This document shows positions 38,619 through 47,764 of a stretch of DNA of 64,000 nt, piece after piece. The notes below the pieces were generated by a model. That model was not told the origin of the DNA. It worked only from the letters and a program-made list of their open reading frames with translations, and did not search any database. This DNA comes from an uncultured Gemmiger sp. (GTDB lineage Bacteria > Bacillota > Clostridia > Oscillospirales > Ruminococcaceae). Position numbers and translations under genes: made by a program. Within the stretch, counting starts at the first letter, position 1, and each line of letters begins with the position of its first letter. The stretch lies in NCBI RefSeq assembly GCF_944388105.1, contig NZ_CALXHN010000002.1. One strand, 5' to 3'.

Positions 38619-41288
38619 GTGAAAAAGGAAGGCAGAGGCATCCTCATTGCGGTGTTTGTGCTGGCGCTGTGCCTGAGTGTGGTGCAGAACATTGTGCTGG
38701 CATCCCACAGCTATTCCAATCTGGCCGCCGTACAGTACACGGAAGGCGGCGCGCTGCTGGCCCGCTACGGGGAGAACGGCCTGATCGTGGAGCGTGTGGA
38801 ACCGGACTCGACGGTTTCCCAGCGGTTTACGGTCCCGGAAAAGATCGGCGGCAAGCGGGTATCCCTTCAGGATATGGCGGCCGATACCCTGGGCAATGTC
38901 TATCTGCTGCTGGAACTCAGTGATCCGCTGTCCGGCAGTCCGGTTTCCCAGCAGCTGCAGGTATACCGGCCGGGACGGCTGCTCTTTCCCAAAATTTCGT
39001 CCCATACCCTGGATCCCGGCGCCACCAACGTGCGCTGGCGCTGGCTGTCCGTCACCAGTTCGGTCAGCATCATGGGCACCACCGCCGACGGCAGCAGCCT
39101 GGTGCGGGAAGTGTACGAACCCGCCGCCCTCACCCAGGGCGGAGACCTGACCGCCAAACTCAACCGGGGCTACACCATCGACCCTGACGAGGGCATCTGG
39201 CGTGCCTGGGCCATGGGCAGCGACACCGCCTATATCTCCGGTTCCGGCAAGCTGTTCCTGGCCAAGGAAGGGCAGGGCACCACCGAGATCTATCCCGCCC
39301 GCGTGCTGGAAGAGGTCATGTATCCCATTTACGCTTCGCCCATCGACACCGGCACCATGTATCTGGGCGAGCAGGAAAGCGGCGATCTGCTTTCCATCGA
39401 CCTGACCACCCGGCAGACCACCGTGCTCAAATCCGGCACCGAACCCTTTGCCGGTTCTGCCAGCTATGCGCCGGCGGATCTGGTGCAGGCGTCCATAGAA
39501 AACGAGCAGAATTTCGTGGGCGTGGTGAAAAATGAGACGGAAAACCGGTATGAGCTGATCCTGTCGGTGGACGGGCAGGTGGAAGTCATCTCCACGGTGC
39601 GTCCCGGCATTCCCATCCTGCTGGGCAATACCCTGCTGTGGACGGTGATCTGGCTGCTGGTGTTCGCCGCAGGGGCGGTGCTCCTGCCGGCGGGGCTGAA
39701 CGCCCTGCGCAGCCGCCGGACCCTGGCCGCCAGACTCATGGTGGCCGCCGTGCCGCTCCTGGCGCTGTCGGTGGTGCTGTTCGGTGCCTTTGCCTACCGG
39801 ACCTACGCCAACGCCATCCGCCAGAGCTTTGAAAAGCAGGTGGTGGATGAAGGCAACATGCTTATGGCCCTCTTCGGCACCGAGAGCTTTGACGGCATCG
39901 AGTATCCCTACGATTATACCGGCGACGATTACGGGTATCTGCTCAACCAGATGAACACCCGTTCGGTCTACACCCGCACCGCCTACTATGAGCGGGGCAT
40001 GCTGTACACCGGCGTGGACCGGGATGCCCCCTGCTTCTATCCCTTCACCGTCAACATGAACGCGGAAGCGGATTCCCTGTATCTCAAGGCCGCCTACACG
40101 GGCGCAGCCCAGACCGGCGTCCTGCGGGACAAAAACGGGGAGCGGCTGGTCTGCGTCACGCCGGTGGGCGGCATGTCGGGCAGCACCGTCTATCTGCTGG
40201 AAACCGGCATCCAGATGGACAACGTCCGGCAGTACACCCGGGCATACCTGCTGGGCTTCTGCCTGGTGGGGGCGGTGTTCCTGGCAGCGGTCAGCGCCGT
40301 GCTGGCCCTGGTGTTCCGCCGGGTGCTCAGTCCGCTGAGCAAGATCCGCAGCGGCCTGGAACAGTTTGCCCAGGGCAACCGCAACGTGCGCCTGGAAGAT
40401 GACGATTCGGAGGAATTTTCCGGTATCGTGCGGGTCTTCAACAAGATGGCCGGCGATATCGACGTCCAGATCTACAACCTGCGCCAGACCAGCGCCACCT
40501 ATTTCCGGTTCATTCCCCAGAAGGTGTTCCAGCTGCTGGGCAAGGAGAACCTGGGCGATCTGGACCTGGCCAGCGGCAAGCACGCTTCCTACCACATCCT
40601 GAGCGTGGACATGACCCTGAGCGCCCGTCTGGCCCAGGACGAGGTCAAGGAGCGCACCGACCGGTTCTTTGCCATTGTGGATGAGCTGTGCGAGGAGTAC
40701 GGCGCCGTCCTTCTCACCGACAGCGTCAACCTGCGCCGACTGCAGGTGATCTGCCCCTCCGGCGGGGACAGCGCGGTGGACATCGCCCTGGCGGCGTTGT
40801 CCCGCCTGGACAGCGTCAATGCGGCAGCACCGGTGCAGAGCCGGATGGAAGCCTTCTTCCTGGTCCACCGGGCCGAGGTGTATTACGGCATCTGCGGGGA
40901 CGAAAAGCGTCTGGTGCCCGCCATGATCAGCGGGGAGATGGACGCCCTGGCCGCGCAGGCCGGAGAGCTCCGGCAGTTCTCCAGCCGTCTGGTGGTCACC
41001 CGGGCCGCCCTGGAAGGCATGGACGAGAGCCACTACTTCCATCGGTTCATCGGCTGTCCCGAAGGCGCGGATGAAACCCGCTTCGGTCTGTATGACTTCT
41101 ATGACAGCTGTACGCCGGAAGAGATCCGCCTGATCAACGAGACCCGGGAGACCTTCGACAAGGCGATGGAACTGTACCGGGAAGGCCGCTGGTACGACGC
41201 CAAGAACATGTTTGCGGTGGTTCTGCGGGAGAACCAGTATGACAACGTTTCCCGCACCTACATTTTCCGCTGCGAAAAGCGGCTGTGA
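38619..41288 (+). CDS. Multi-TM HAMP receptor with degenerate class III adenylate/guanylate cyclase domain and C-terminal TPR-like tail
   Basis: 4 hydrophobic segments; HAMP SPLSKI..EEFSGIVRVFNKM; YFRFIPQKVFQLLG cyclase entry; FDKAMELY...DNVSRTYIFRC tail; catalytic motifs eroded. Confidence 0.75.
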   Translation: MKKEGRGILIAVFVLALCLSVVQNIVLASHSYSNLAAVQYTEGGALLARYGENGLIVERVEPDSTVSQRFTVPEKIGGKRVSLQDMAADTLGNVYLLLELSDPLSGSPVSQQLQVYRPGRLLFPKISSHTLDPGATNVRWRWLSVTSSVSIMGTTADGSSLVREVYEPAALTQGGDLTAKLNRGYTIDPDEGIWRAWAMGSDTAYISGSGKLFLAKEGQGTTEIYPARVLEEVMYPIYASPIDTGTMYLGEQESGDLLSIDLTTRQTTVLKSGTEPFAGSASYAPADLVQASIENEQNFVGVVKNETENRYELILSVDGQVEVISTVRPGIPILLGNTLLWTVIWLLVFAAGAVLLPAGLNALRSRRTLAARLMVAAVPLLALSVVLFGAFAYRTYANAIRQSFEKQVVDEGNMLMALFGTESFDGIEYPYDYTGDDYGYLLNQMNTRSVYTRTAYYERGMLYTGVDRDAPCFYPFTVNMNAEADSLYLKAAYTGAAQTGVLRDKNGERLVCVTPVGGMSGSTVYLLETGIQMDNVRQYTRAYLLGFCLVGAVFLAAVSAVLALVFRRVLSPLSKIRSGLEQFAQGNRNVRLEDDDSEEFSGIVRVFNKMAGDIDVQIYNLRQTSATYFRFIPQKVFQLLGKENLGDLDLASGKHASYHILSVDMTLSARLAQDEVKERTDRFFAIVDELCEEYGAVLLTDSVNLRRLQVICPSGGDSAVDIALAALSRLDSVNAAAPVQSRMEAFFLVHRAEVYYGICGDEKRLVPAMISGEMDALAAQAGELRQFSSRLVVTRAALEGMDESHYFHRFIGCPEGADETRFGLYDFYDSCTPEEIRLINETRETFDKAMELYREGRWYDAKNMFAVVLRENQYDNVSRTYIFRCEKRL

Positions 41289-41316
41289 CACATTCTGACC
41301 GGAAGGGGGTGAGCCT

Positions 41317-43146
41317 TTGTTCAAGCTGCTGGCAAGTATTTTCAAGCGTGTGGTGACGGCCGTCACCAACCCCTTCCGCATGCTGGTCGTGCGGATCCAG
41401 CGGATGTTCAACGTCAACATCCTGACGGCCAAGCTCATCCCGCCTCTTACCAAAAAGGTCAAGGCCCTGGTCACCCTCAAACCCCAGTCGCCCCAGGATT
41501 ATTTCAGTGTGGGGCGGTACTGGGTCTACAAAAAGCTGTTCCTGACCCTGATCCTGGTGCTGTGTGCGGCGGTGTTCCTGTACTTTTCCATGTTTGCCCC
41601 AAAGGTGACACCCAAACCCTCCCAGCCGGAACAGGTCATGACCACGGTGACCTTTGATTTTGACGATATGGCCCTGGCCGACTACACGGGCGTGGCCAAC
41701 ATCCGGGCAGCGGACGGCACCGTGGTGTATGTGGGGGATGTGGTGGCCGGCGTATGCACCGGCAACGGCACCCTGCGGGACCGCAAGGGCCGCCTGGTGT
41801 ATGAGGGCGGCTTTGAAAACAACCAGTACAGCGGCCAGGGGGTGCGCTACTGGCCCTCCGGCAATCCCATGTACGAGGGCGGGTTTGAGAAAAACCAGTA
41901 CAGCGGGGAAGGGGTCCTGTACGCGGAGGACGGCCGCACGGTCCTGTATGCAGGCAGCTTCAAGGGCGGCCTGCGGGACGGCGCCGGCAAAGCGTACGGG
42001 GAATCCGGGACCCTGCTCTATGAGGGCGAGTTCGCGGAGGACCTCTACCACGGTTCCGGCACGGAATATTACGAAAACGGCATCATTGCCTACACCGGCC
42101 AGTTCTTCCGCGGGGAACCCCAGGGCGAAGGCACCCTGTACAGTACCCAGGGACGTGCCCTCTACACCGGCTCGGTGTACGCCGGCAAGATCAATTACAG
42201 CGCCCTGGTGGGGGCCACACTGGCCGACCTGGAAGCGGCCTTCACCGAGACCCCCTGCATCTACTACAACGACACCGAAAGCGTGTTCCTCTACCAGGAA
42301 GCCGGCGTGGTCATTACAGTGGACTGCCGGGTCCGGGTGGATGTGTGGGAAAACGCCAACGCCGCGGCGGACCAGAGTGCCCCGCTGTATTACATGCCCG
42401 CCTCGGTGCAGACAACCGGCGCCACGGTGCGGGCGGTACACGCCCAGGGCGGAACCGGCATCCGCACGGTGGGGTGGGTGAATTCCGGCGGGGAATCCTC
42501 TTCCGGCGGGACTTCCGCCACCCCGGCACCGGCCACCCCGGCTCCCACGGCGGTGCCGGCCACGCCGGTCCCCGCCGCGATGGCCCCGTCCGGGAGCACC
42601 GCTTCCGGCGGTACCGCGGCTTCGGTCACCGCGCCGACCCCCAGCCCGACACCCAATCCGACCCCCATCCCGTCGCCCACCCCGTCGCCTGTGCCGTCGG
42701 CCGCTGCGGCCCCGGATTTCATCCAGAAAAACCTGACCCTGTATTTTGAGATCGACAGCAACATCTGGCAGGCGGAGGCCGACCTGGACAAGACCAAGGT
42801 CTTTGTCAGCGAGGTCACGGTATGTGCGGACAACATCCCGCTGGAAACTCTTTCCGCGGACGTGTATGAGGAGGACCGGCCTCCGGCCATCCAGGATTGC
42901 GTGGCCATTGAGCGCCTGCGCCGGGACGAGGCCACGGCATTTTCCAATGTGACCTTCCAGCTGGACCAGCAGAACAAGCTGTTTGTGGAGGTCAGCGGCG
43001 TGAGTTATGCCAACCAGATCCAGCGCTACGGGCTGGAAAAGGATGGTCTGGTATACGAATACTGCTATCCCTACGACACCGGCACCGTGCTGGATACCGA
43101 CACCGCCGGCACTGCGCCCATGTATTATTCCATCCGAAAGGGGTGA
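41317..43146 (+). CDS. Membrane-anchored MORN-repeat protein with Pro/Thr linker
   Basis: TTG start; TM LFLTLILVLCAAVFLYF; about seven YxGxFxxGxxxGxG repeats; PTPSPTPNPTP linker. Confidence 0.82.
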   Translation: MFKLLASIFKRVVTAVTNPFRMLVVRIQRMFNVNILTAKLIPPLTKKVKALVTLKPQSPQDYFSVGRYWVYKKLFLTLILVLCAAVFLYFSMFAPKVTPKPSQPEQVMTTVTFDFDDMALADYTGVANIRAADGTVVYVGDVVAGVCTGNGTLRDRKGRLVYEGGFENNQYSGQGVRYWPSGNPMYEGGFEKNQYSGEGVLYAEDGRTVLYAGSFKGGLRDGAGKAYGESGTLLYEGEFAEDLYHGSGTEYYENGIIAYTGQFFRGEPQGEGTLYSTQGRALYTGSVYAGKINYSALVGATLADLEAAFTETPCIYYNDTESVFLYQEAGVVITVDCRVRVDVWENANAAADQSAPLYYMPASVQTTGATVRAVHAQGGTGIRTVGWVNSGGESSSGGTSATPAPATPAPTAVPATPVPAAMAPSGSTASGGTAASVTAPTPSPTPNPTPIPSPTPSPVPSAAAAPDFIQKNLTLYFEIDSNIWQAEADLDKTKVFVSEVTVCADNIPLETLSADVYEEDRPPAIQDCVAIERLRRDEATAFSNVTFQLDQQNKLFVEVSGVSYANQIQRYGLEKDGLVYEYCYPYDTGTVLDTDTAGTAPMYYSIRKG

Positions 43147-43153
43147 TGCGTCC

Positions 43154-43732
43154 ATGGCAGATTTTTCCGTTGTGGCCGATGTGAGCGCCGGCCTGCTCCG
43201 GCTGCTGCGGGCGCAGATGTGCCCCTCCCCGGTCAGTGCCCCGGAGTCCATCCGGCTGGCGGCCCCCACCGACAAAAACGGGGACTTTCAGCTGGGGCTG
43301 TACCTGTACGATCTGCGGGAACTGGGCGAATACCGGGCCGGGGCCCTGCAGCGCGGGGCGGACAACATCCGCCGCCGTCCGCCCCGTCCGCTGACGCTGC
43401 ATTACATGCTGTTCCTCAACAGCAAGGCGCAGATGGCCACCGGTGCCGAGGCGGAACAGCGCATCCTGGGCAGGGCGCTGCAGGTGCTGTCGGACTACCC
43501 CGCCGTGGATGTGAACGAACTCCATCCCTATTCCCCGGAACCGGAGGAGGCCGCCGCCATCTCCCTGCTGACCCTGACCTTTGAGGAAAAAACCAAGATC
43601 TGGGCGGCATTGTCCACCCCCTATCAGCTGGGAATCTACTTTTCCGTGTCGCCGCTGATGCTCTCCTCCCGCCGGGAGGAATCCTTCGCCCGTGTGCGTG
43701 AGGTGGAGATACGGGGCAAACGTCCTCTGTGA
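43154..43732 (+). CDS. Pvc16/Afp16-like (DUF4255) CIS cap/terminator protein
   Basis: LGLYLYDLRE, PLTLHYML, EQRILGRALQVLSDYP, KIWAALSTPYQLGIYFSV. Confidence 0.85.
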   Translation: MADFSVVADVSAGLLRLLRAQMCPSPVSAPESIRLAAPTDKNGDFQLGLYLYDLRELGEYRAGALQRGADNIRRRPPRPLTLHYMLFLNSKAQMATGAEAEQRILGRALQVLSDYPAVDVNELHPYSPEPEEAAAISLLTLTFEEKTKIWAALSTPYQLGIYFSVSPLMLSSRREESFARVREVEIRGKRPL

Positions 43733-43776
43733 GGGCGGCGCGCCGCAAGGCGTCCGCCGAAAGAAGGTGATGTGTT

Positions 43777-44481
43777 TTGATTCATATTTCCCTGCGTTTC
43801 GCGTTGCTGCTGAAAGACGATTTCAGCGGTGCGACCATAGCGGACGGCGGGCAGCGGTTCTTTGTCAACGGCCGGCCCGTCCGTCCCATCCGCAAGCCGG
43901 AAGGATTCTTTGTGTTCACCGCAGAGTCCGCCCCCGGACCGGAACCGGCCGACGGCTGGGAAGTGCGGATCGAAAGCACCCGCTATTTTGCCAGGACGTT
44001 GTCCGTCCGGTCGGACCAGCTGCCCCCGGACATGCCTCTGCGCCTGGTCCAGATGTACCGCCGGCCCCACAGCGGGTTTGCCGACTGTGACTGGTTTGAG
44101 GCCAAGGGCCCGCCGGGAAGGCTGGCCGCGCTCCTGTTCCGGGAGGACCCGCCCCTGGCGCTGAAAGCTTTTTCCGGCAACGGAGAGGCCATCAGCCTGC
44201 GCGGGTACATGGCGGCCAATCTGGTTTGGCGGCGTATCTGCGTGGGCAGCGGCTCCAAAGCGGAGCTGTTTACCCTGACGGCCCGCCGGCCGGACGGCGG
44301 ATACCGGGTGGATCATCCTGCCCGGAAGCGCTGGAAGGAAGGGGCGCCCGTCTATCTGACGGCCTGCGCTCCGGCCCAGCCCGACGGACGCTGCAGTGTT
44401 CCCATCCCGCCGGGATGGGCGGACAGGGACCCCGTTGTCCGCTGGTATGATGAGGAGGCGATGCGATGGCAGGAAATCTAG
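43777..44481 (+). CDS. Hypothetical beta-rich protein (prealbumin/carboxypeptidase-regulatory-like N-terminus)
   Basis: TTG start, 234 aa, LKDDFSG..KPEGFFVFT; lies between DUF4255 and the PAAR-like gene. Confidence 0.6.
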   Translation: MIHISLRFALLLKDDFSGATIADGGQRFFVNGRPVRPIRKPEGFFVFTAESAPGPEPADGWEVRIESTRYFARTLSVRSDQLPPDMPLRLVQMYRRPHSGFADCDWFEAKGPPGRLAALLFREDPPLALKAFSGNGEAISLRGYMAANLVWRRICVGSGSKAELFTLTARRPDGGYRVDHPARKRWKEGAPVYLTACAPAQPDGRCSVPIPPGWADRDPVVRWYDEEAMRWQEI

Positions 44482-44861
44482 TCTGCGCCGGTGCCCAGCT
44501 GATGTGCAGCTTCGGCATGGCGCCGTCCGCGCTGGTGGTCACCCCGCAGAACAAGGTCCTGTGCGGCGGTCCGCCCGCAGCCAACATCATGGATATGAAA
44601 CCCATGACCAACATCGTGCCCTTTGGCATGTGCAGCTCAATGGCCAATCCCACGGTGGCCTCGGCCACTTCCGCCGCCATGGGCGTGCTCACGCCCATGC
44701 CCTGCGTGCCGGTCATCACCGGACCCTGGGTACCGGGCAGCACCACCGTGCTGCTGGGCGGCATGCCGGCACTGAACAGTACCTGCAAACTGATGTGCGC
44801 TTACGGGGGAGTGATCCAGATCGTATCCCCCGGGCAGATAAAAACGACCGTAGGCAACTGA
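44466..44861 (+). CDS. DUF4280 PAAR-like spike tip
   Basis: VCAGAQLMCSFG, NIVPFGMCSS, PCVPV..PW, CKLMCAYGGVIQI. Confidence 0.9.
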   Translation: MAGNLVCAGAQLMCSFGMAPSALVVTPQNKVLCGGPPAANIMDMKPMTNIVPFGMCSSMANPTVASATSAAMGVLTPMPCVPVITGPWVPGSTTVLLGGMPALNSTCKLMCAYGGVIQIVSPGQIKTTVGN

Positions 44862-44932
44862 CCCACGCAACAAAAAAACAAATCGAAAAGGAGGAGTGGT
44901 CCGGCGCATGACCGGCCGGACCCAGACAGATT

Positions 44933-46648
44933 ATGGCTGAGTATTTATCCCCCGGAGTGTACGTGGAAGAATTTGAATCCGGCATGCGCGCCATGGAAGG
45001 CGTCAGCACCAGCACCGCCGGTTTCGTGGGCATGGCGGAGCGCGGCCCCGTGGTCGGCACGCCGGAATTCCTCACCAGCTTTGCCGACTACAAACGCAAG
45101 TTCGGCGGCTATTTGTCCGAAAACACCCATGGCGGCAACCGTTTCCTGCCCTACGCGGTGGAGCAGTTCTTTGCCAATGGCGGCGCCCGCTGCTATGTCA
45201 TGCGCGTGGCCCCCGCCGACGCCAAGGCCGCCAGTGCGGTGATGAGCTGCGTGGTGCTCACCGCCAAGAACCCCGGCAAGTGGGGCAACGGCATCCGGGT
45301 CACCGTCACCGCGGCCTCCAAGGGCAAGACCCAGGCCGTGGCCGTGACCGAGGATGCGGCCGCCGCCAAGACCTACACCCTCAAGAATGCCTCCGTCTTC
45401 AGCGTGGGCGATGTGGTGGCCCTGTATGAGAGCGGCCGTCTGGCCGGTCACAACCGGGTGGCCCGCGTCCAGGGCAACGAAGTCTCCTTTGAAAACGAGT
45501 TCGAGCAGGACATCGTGGACGCCGGTCTGGTGCCCCGCCGTATCCTGGCCAGCTGCGAAGTGAACATCGAGATCAGCTGCGAAGACGTGGCCGAAACCTA
45601 TGAGAACGTTTCCCTGAATCCCCAGGATGCCAGCTACATCGAAAACAAGCTGGCCCGGTCGGCCCTGGTCTCGGTCAAGGTCACCCCGGTGGAGGATGTC
45701 TGCCCGCCCATGCTGGCCCTCACCGGCGACGCAGCCGGGGAAAAGGCGGTCTTCACCCTGTCCGGCGGCACCGACGGCGACTGCCGGAAGATGGAAGATG
45801 CCATCTACATCGGCGGCGGCGACGCCCCCGGCAAGCGCACCGGTCTGGCCGCCTTTGAGGAAGTCAGCAACGTGAGCATCATGGCCATCCCCGGCATCAC
45901 CAGTCCGGCCGTGCAGCTGGCGCTGGTGGCCCACTGCCAGAACCTGGCCAGCCGGTTTGCCGTGCTGGACATGCCTCTGGAACTGACCAAACCCCAGGAT
46001 CTGCTGACCCACCGGGAGATCGTGGATTCCGACTACGCAGCCATGTACCATCCCTGGCTGGAAGTGTACGATATGGCGGCCAAGCGTCCTGCCTACATTC
46101 CGCCTTCGGGGGCCGTGTGCGGAATCTATGCCCGCAGCGACAACACCCGCGGCGTGCACAAGGCGCCCGCCAATGAGGTGGTCAACAACTGCATCGGCCT
46201 GTCCTGCATGTACAACAAGGGCGAGCAGGACCTGCTCAATCCCGCCGGCGTCAACCTGATCCGTGCGCTGCCCGGCCAGGGCATCCGGGTGTGGGGCGCC
46301 CGCACCTGCTCCAGCAACAGCCTGTGGAAGTATGTCAACGTCCGCCGTCTGTTCATCTATCTGGAAGAGACCATCCGCACCCAGACCAGCTGGGCGGTGT
46401 TCGAGCCCAATGACGAGGTCCTGTGGCTGCGCGTGCAGCGCACCATCGTTTCCTTCCTGCGGGATATGTACCGCTCCGGCGCGCTGGTCGGTGCCACCGA
46501 GGACGAGGCCTTCTTCGTCAACATCGGCCGCGACACCATGACCGAGCAGGATATCGCCAACGGCCGCCTGATCTGCGTGATCGGTGCCGCGCCCAGCCGT
46601 CCTGCCGAATTCGTCATCTTCCGCATCACCCAGAACATGAAAGAGTGA
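44933..46648 (+). CDS. Contractile tail sheath (Afp2/3/4, gp18-like)
   Basis: YLSPGVYVEE, FFANGGARCY, PPSGAVCG, RGVHKAPAN, WGART, YVNVRRL, VFEPN, PAEFVIFRI. Confidence 0.97.
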   Translation: MAEYLSPGVYVEEFESGMRAMEGVSTSTAGFVGMAERGPVVGTPEFLTSFADYKRKFGGYLSENTHGGNRFLPYAVEQFFANGGARCYVMRVAPADAKAASAVMSCVVLTAKNPGKWGNGIRVTVTAASKGKTQAVAVTEDAAAAKTYTLKNASVFSVGDVVALYESGRLAGHNRVARVQGNEVSFENEFEQDIVDAGLVPRRILASCEVNIEISCEDVAETYENVSLNPQDASYIENKLARSALVSVKVTPVEDVCPPMLALTGDAAGEKAVFTLSGGTDGDCRKMEDAIYIGGGDAPGKRTGLAAFEEVSNVSIMAIPGITSPAVQLALVAHCQNLASRFAVLDMPLELTKPQDLLTHREIVDSDYAAMYHPWLEVYDMAAKRPAYIPPSGAVCGIYARSDNTRGVHKAPANEVVNNCIGLSCMYNKGEQDLLNPAGVNLIRALPGQGIRVWGARTCSSNSLWKYVNVRRLFIYLEETIRTQTSWAVFEPNDEVLWLRVQRTIVSFLRDMYRSGALVGATEDEAFFVNIGRDTMTEQDIANGRLICVIGAAPSRPAEFVIFRITQNMKE

Positions 46649-46687
46649 CGCCCCCGGGCAAGCTGAACGAAAGGATGGAACATAACC

Positions 46688-47137
46688 ATGGCAGTCAATA
46701 CCTATCCCTTTAAGAAATACAACTACCGCGTGGAGATCGACAGCATCGACGTGGCGGCCTTCTCGGAGGTCAGCGGCTTTGATGCCAGCGTGGACGTCAT
46801 CGAATACCGCGAAGGCACCGATCCCATCAACTCCCCCCGCAAGATGCCCGGCCTGACCAAGTATGGCAACGTCACCCTGAAATGGGGCATGACCGAAAAC
46901 CTGTCCTTCTATGAATGGGTGGCGGGCATCTCCGACGGTTCCAAGGCCGCCGCCGAGGACCGTGTCCAGGACATCACCATCTACCTGCAGGACGACGCCC
47001 ACAACGACATCGCCAGCTGGACCCTGGTCAATGCCTGGCCCTGCAAGTACACCGCCCCCGACTTCAACGCCTCCTCCAGCGAGATCGCCTTCGAGAGCGT
47101 GGAACTGGCCTTTGAGGAAATGCGCAGAGACCAGTAA
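46688..47137 (+). CDS. Inner tube protein (Afp1/5, T4 gp19-like)
   Basis: FSEVSG..VIEYREG, KMPGLTKYGNVTLKWG, WTLVNAWPCKY, EIAFESVELAFE. Confidence 0.95.
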   Translation: MAVNTYPFKKYNYRVEIDSIDVAAFSEVSGFDASVDVIEYREGTDPINSPRKMPGLTKYGNVTLKWGMTENLSFYEWVAGISDGSKAAAEDRVQDITIYLQDDAHNDIASWTLVNAWPCKYTAPDFNASSSEIAFESVELAFEEMRRDQ

Positions 47138-47213
47138 CCGGCCTGCGCCACTGCGTCCCGGATCCCCGCGCGGCCCCGGTGCCGCGCGGGTGCGGGACTG
47201 AAAGGAAGATACC

Positions 47214-47585
47214 ATGGAAGATTTTGCCACCGAATTTGAGTTCGATCTGCCCAAAGGGTACATCGATGCGGCCGGCACCCTGCACAAGCACGGGGTCATG
47301 CGTCTGGCCACGGCGGCGGACGAGATCCTGCCTTTGCGGGACCCCCGGGTGGTGCAGAATCCCGGTTACCTGACCATCATCCTGCTTTCCCGGGTCATCA
47401 CCAGTCTGGGCACCGTTCCCAAGATCGATCCCCGCGTCATCGAGCGGCTCTACTCCTCCGACCTGGCGTTCTTGCAGAGCATGTACCAGCGCATCAACGC
47501 CGTGGAGCCCATCGTGGAGACTTGTGTCTGCCCGGAGTGCGGCCATACCTTTGAGCATCAGGTAAATTTTACTTCAGCGGAGTAA
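47214..47585 (+). CDS. Tail assembly chaperone (G-like)
   Basis: FEFDLPKGYID, MRLATAADEI, DLAFLQ..Y..IN, CPECGH; directly after the tube gene. Confidence 0.8.
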   Translation: MEDFATEFEFDLPKGYIDAAGTLHKHGVMRLATAADEILPLRDPRVVQNPGYLTIILLSRVITSLGTVPKIDPRVIERLYSSDLAFLQSMYQRINAVEPIVETCVCPECGHTFEHQVNFTSAE

Positions 47586-47761
47586 CCCTCTATCCCGAGC
47601 AGGAACTGTACAAGGAGGTCTCCTTCCTGGCCTACTACTACCACTGGGATTACAAGACGGTTATGACGCTGGACCATCAGACCCGGCGCCGGTTCTGTGC
47701 GGAGATCTCCGCCATCCACAAGGAACTGAACCAGACGCCCAAAAACATCTTTGAGGTATAA
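47564..47761 (+). CDS. DUF6760-like T segment in the -1 frame; predicted frameshift fusion with the chaperone (~182 aa)
   Basis: -1 frame reads KFYFSGVTLYPEQELYKEVSFLAYYYHWDYKTVMTLDHQTRRRFCAEISAIH..*; no ATG/GTG/TTG before the conserved part; slippery A AAT TTT at 47564-47570. Confidence 0.75.
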   Translation, partial: KFYFSGVTLYPEQELYKEVSFLAYYYHWDYKTVMTLDHQTRRRFCAEISAIHKELNQTPKNIFEV

Positions 47762-47764
47762 ACC

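Noticed and set aside
42490-42710. Possible DNA tandem repeat or CRISPR-like array
   Set aside because: Degenerate Pro/Thr/Ala coding linker; no constant repeat-spacer structure and no cas genes in the window
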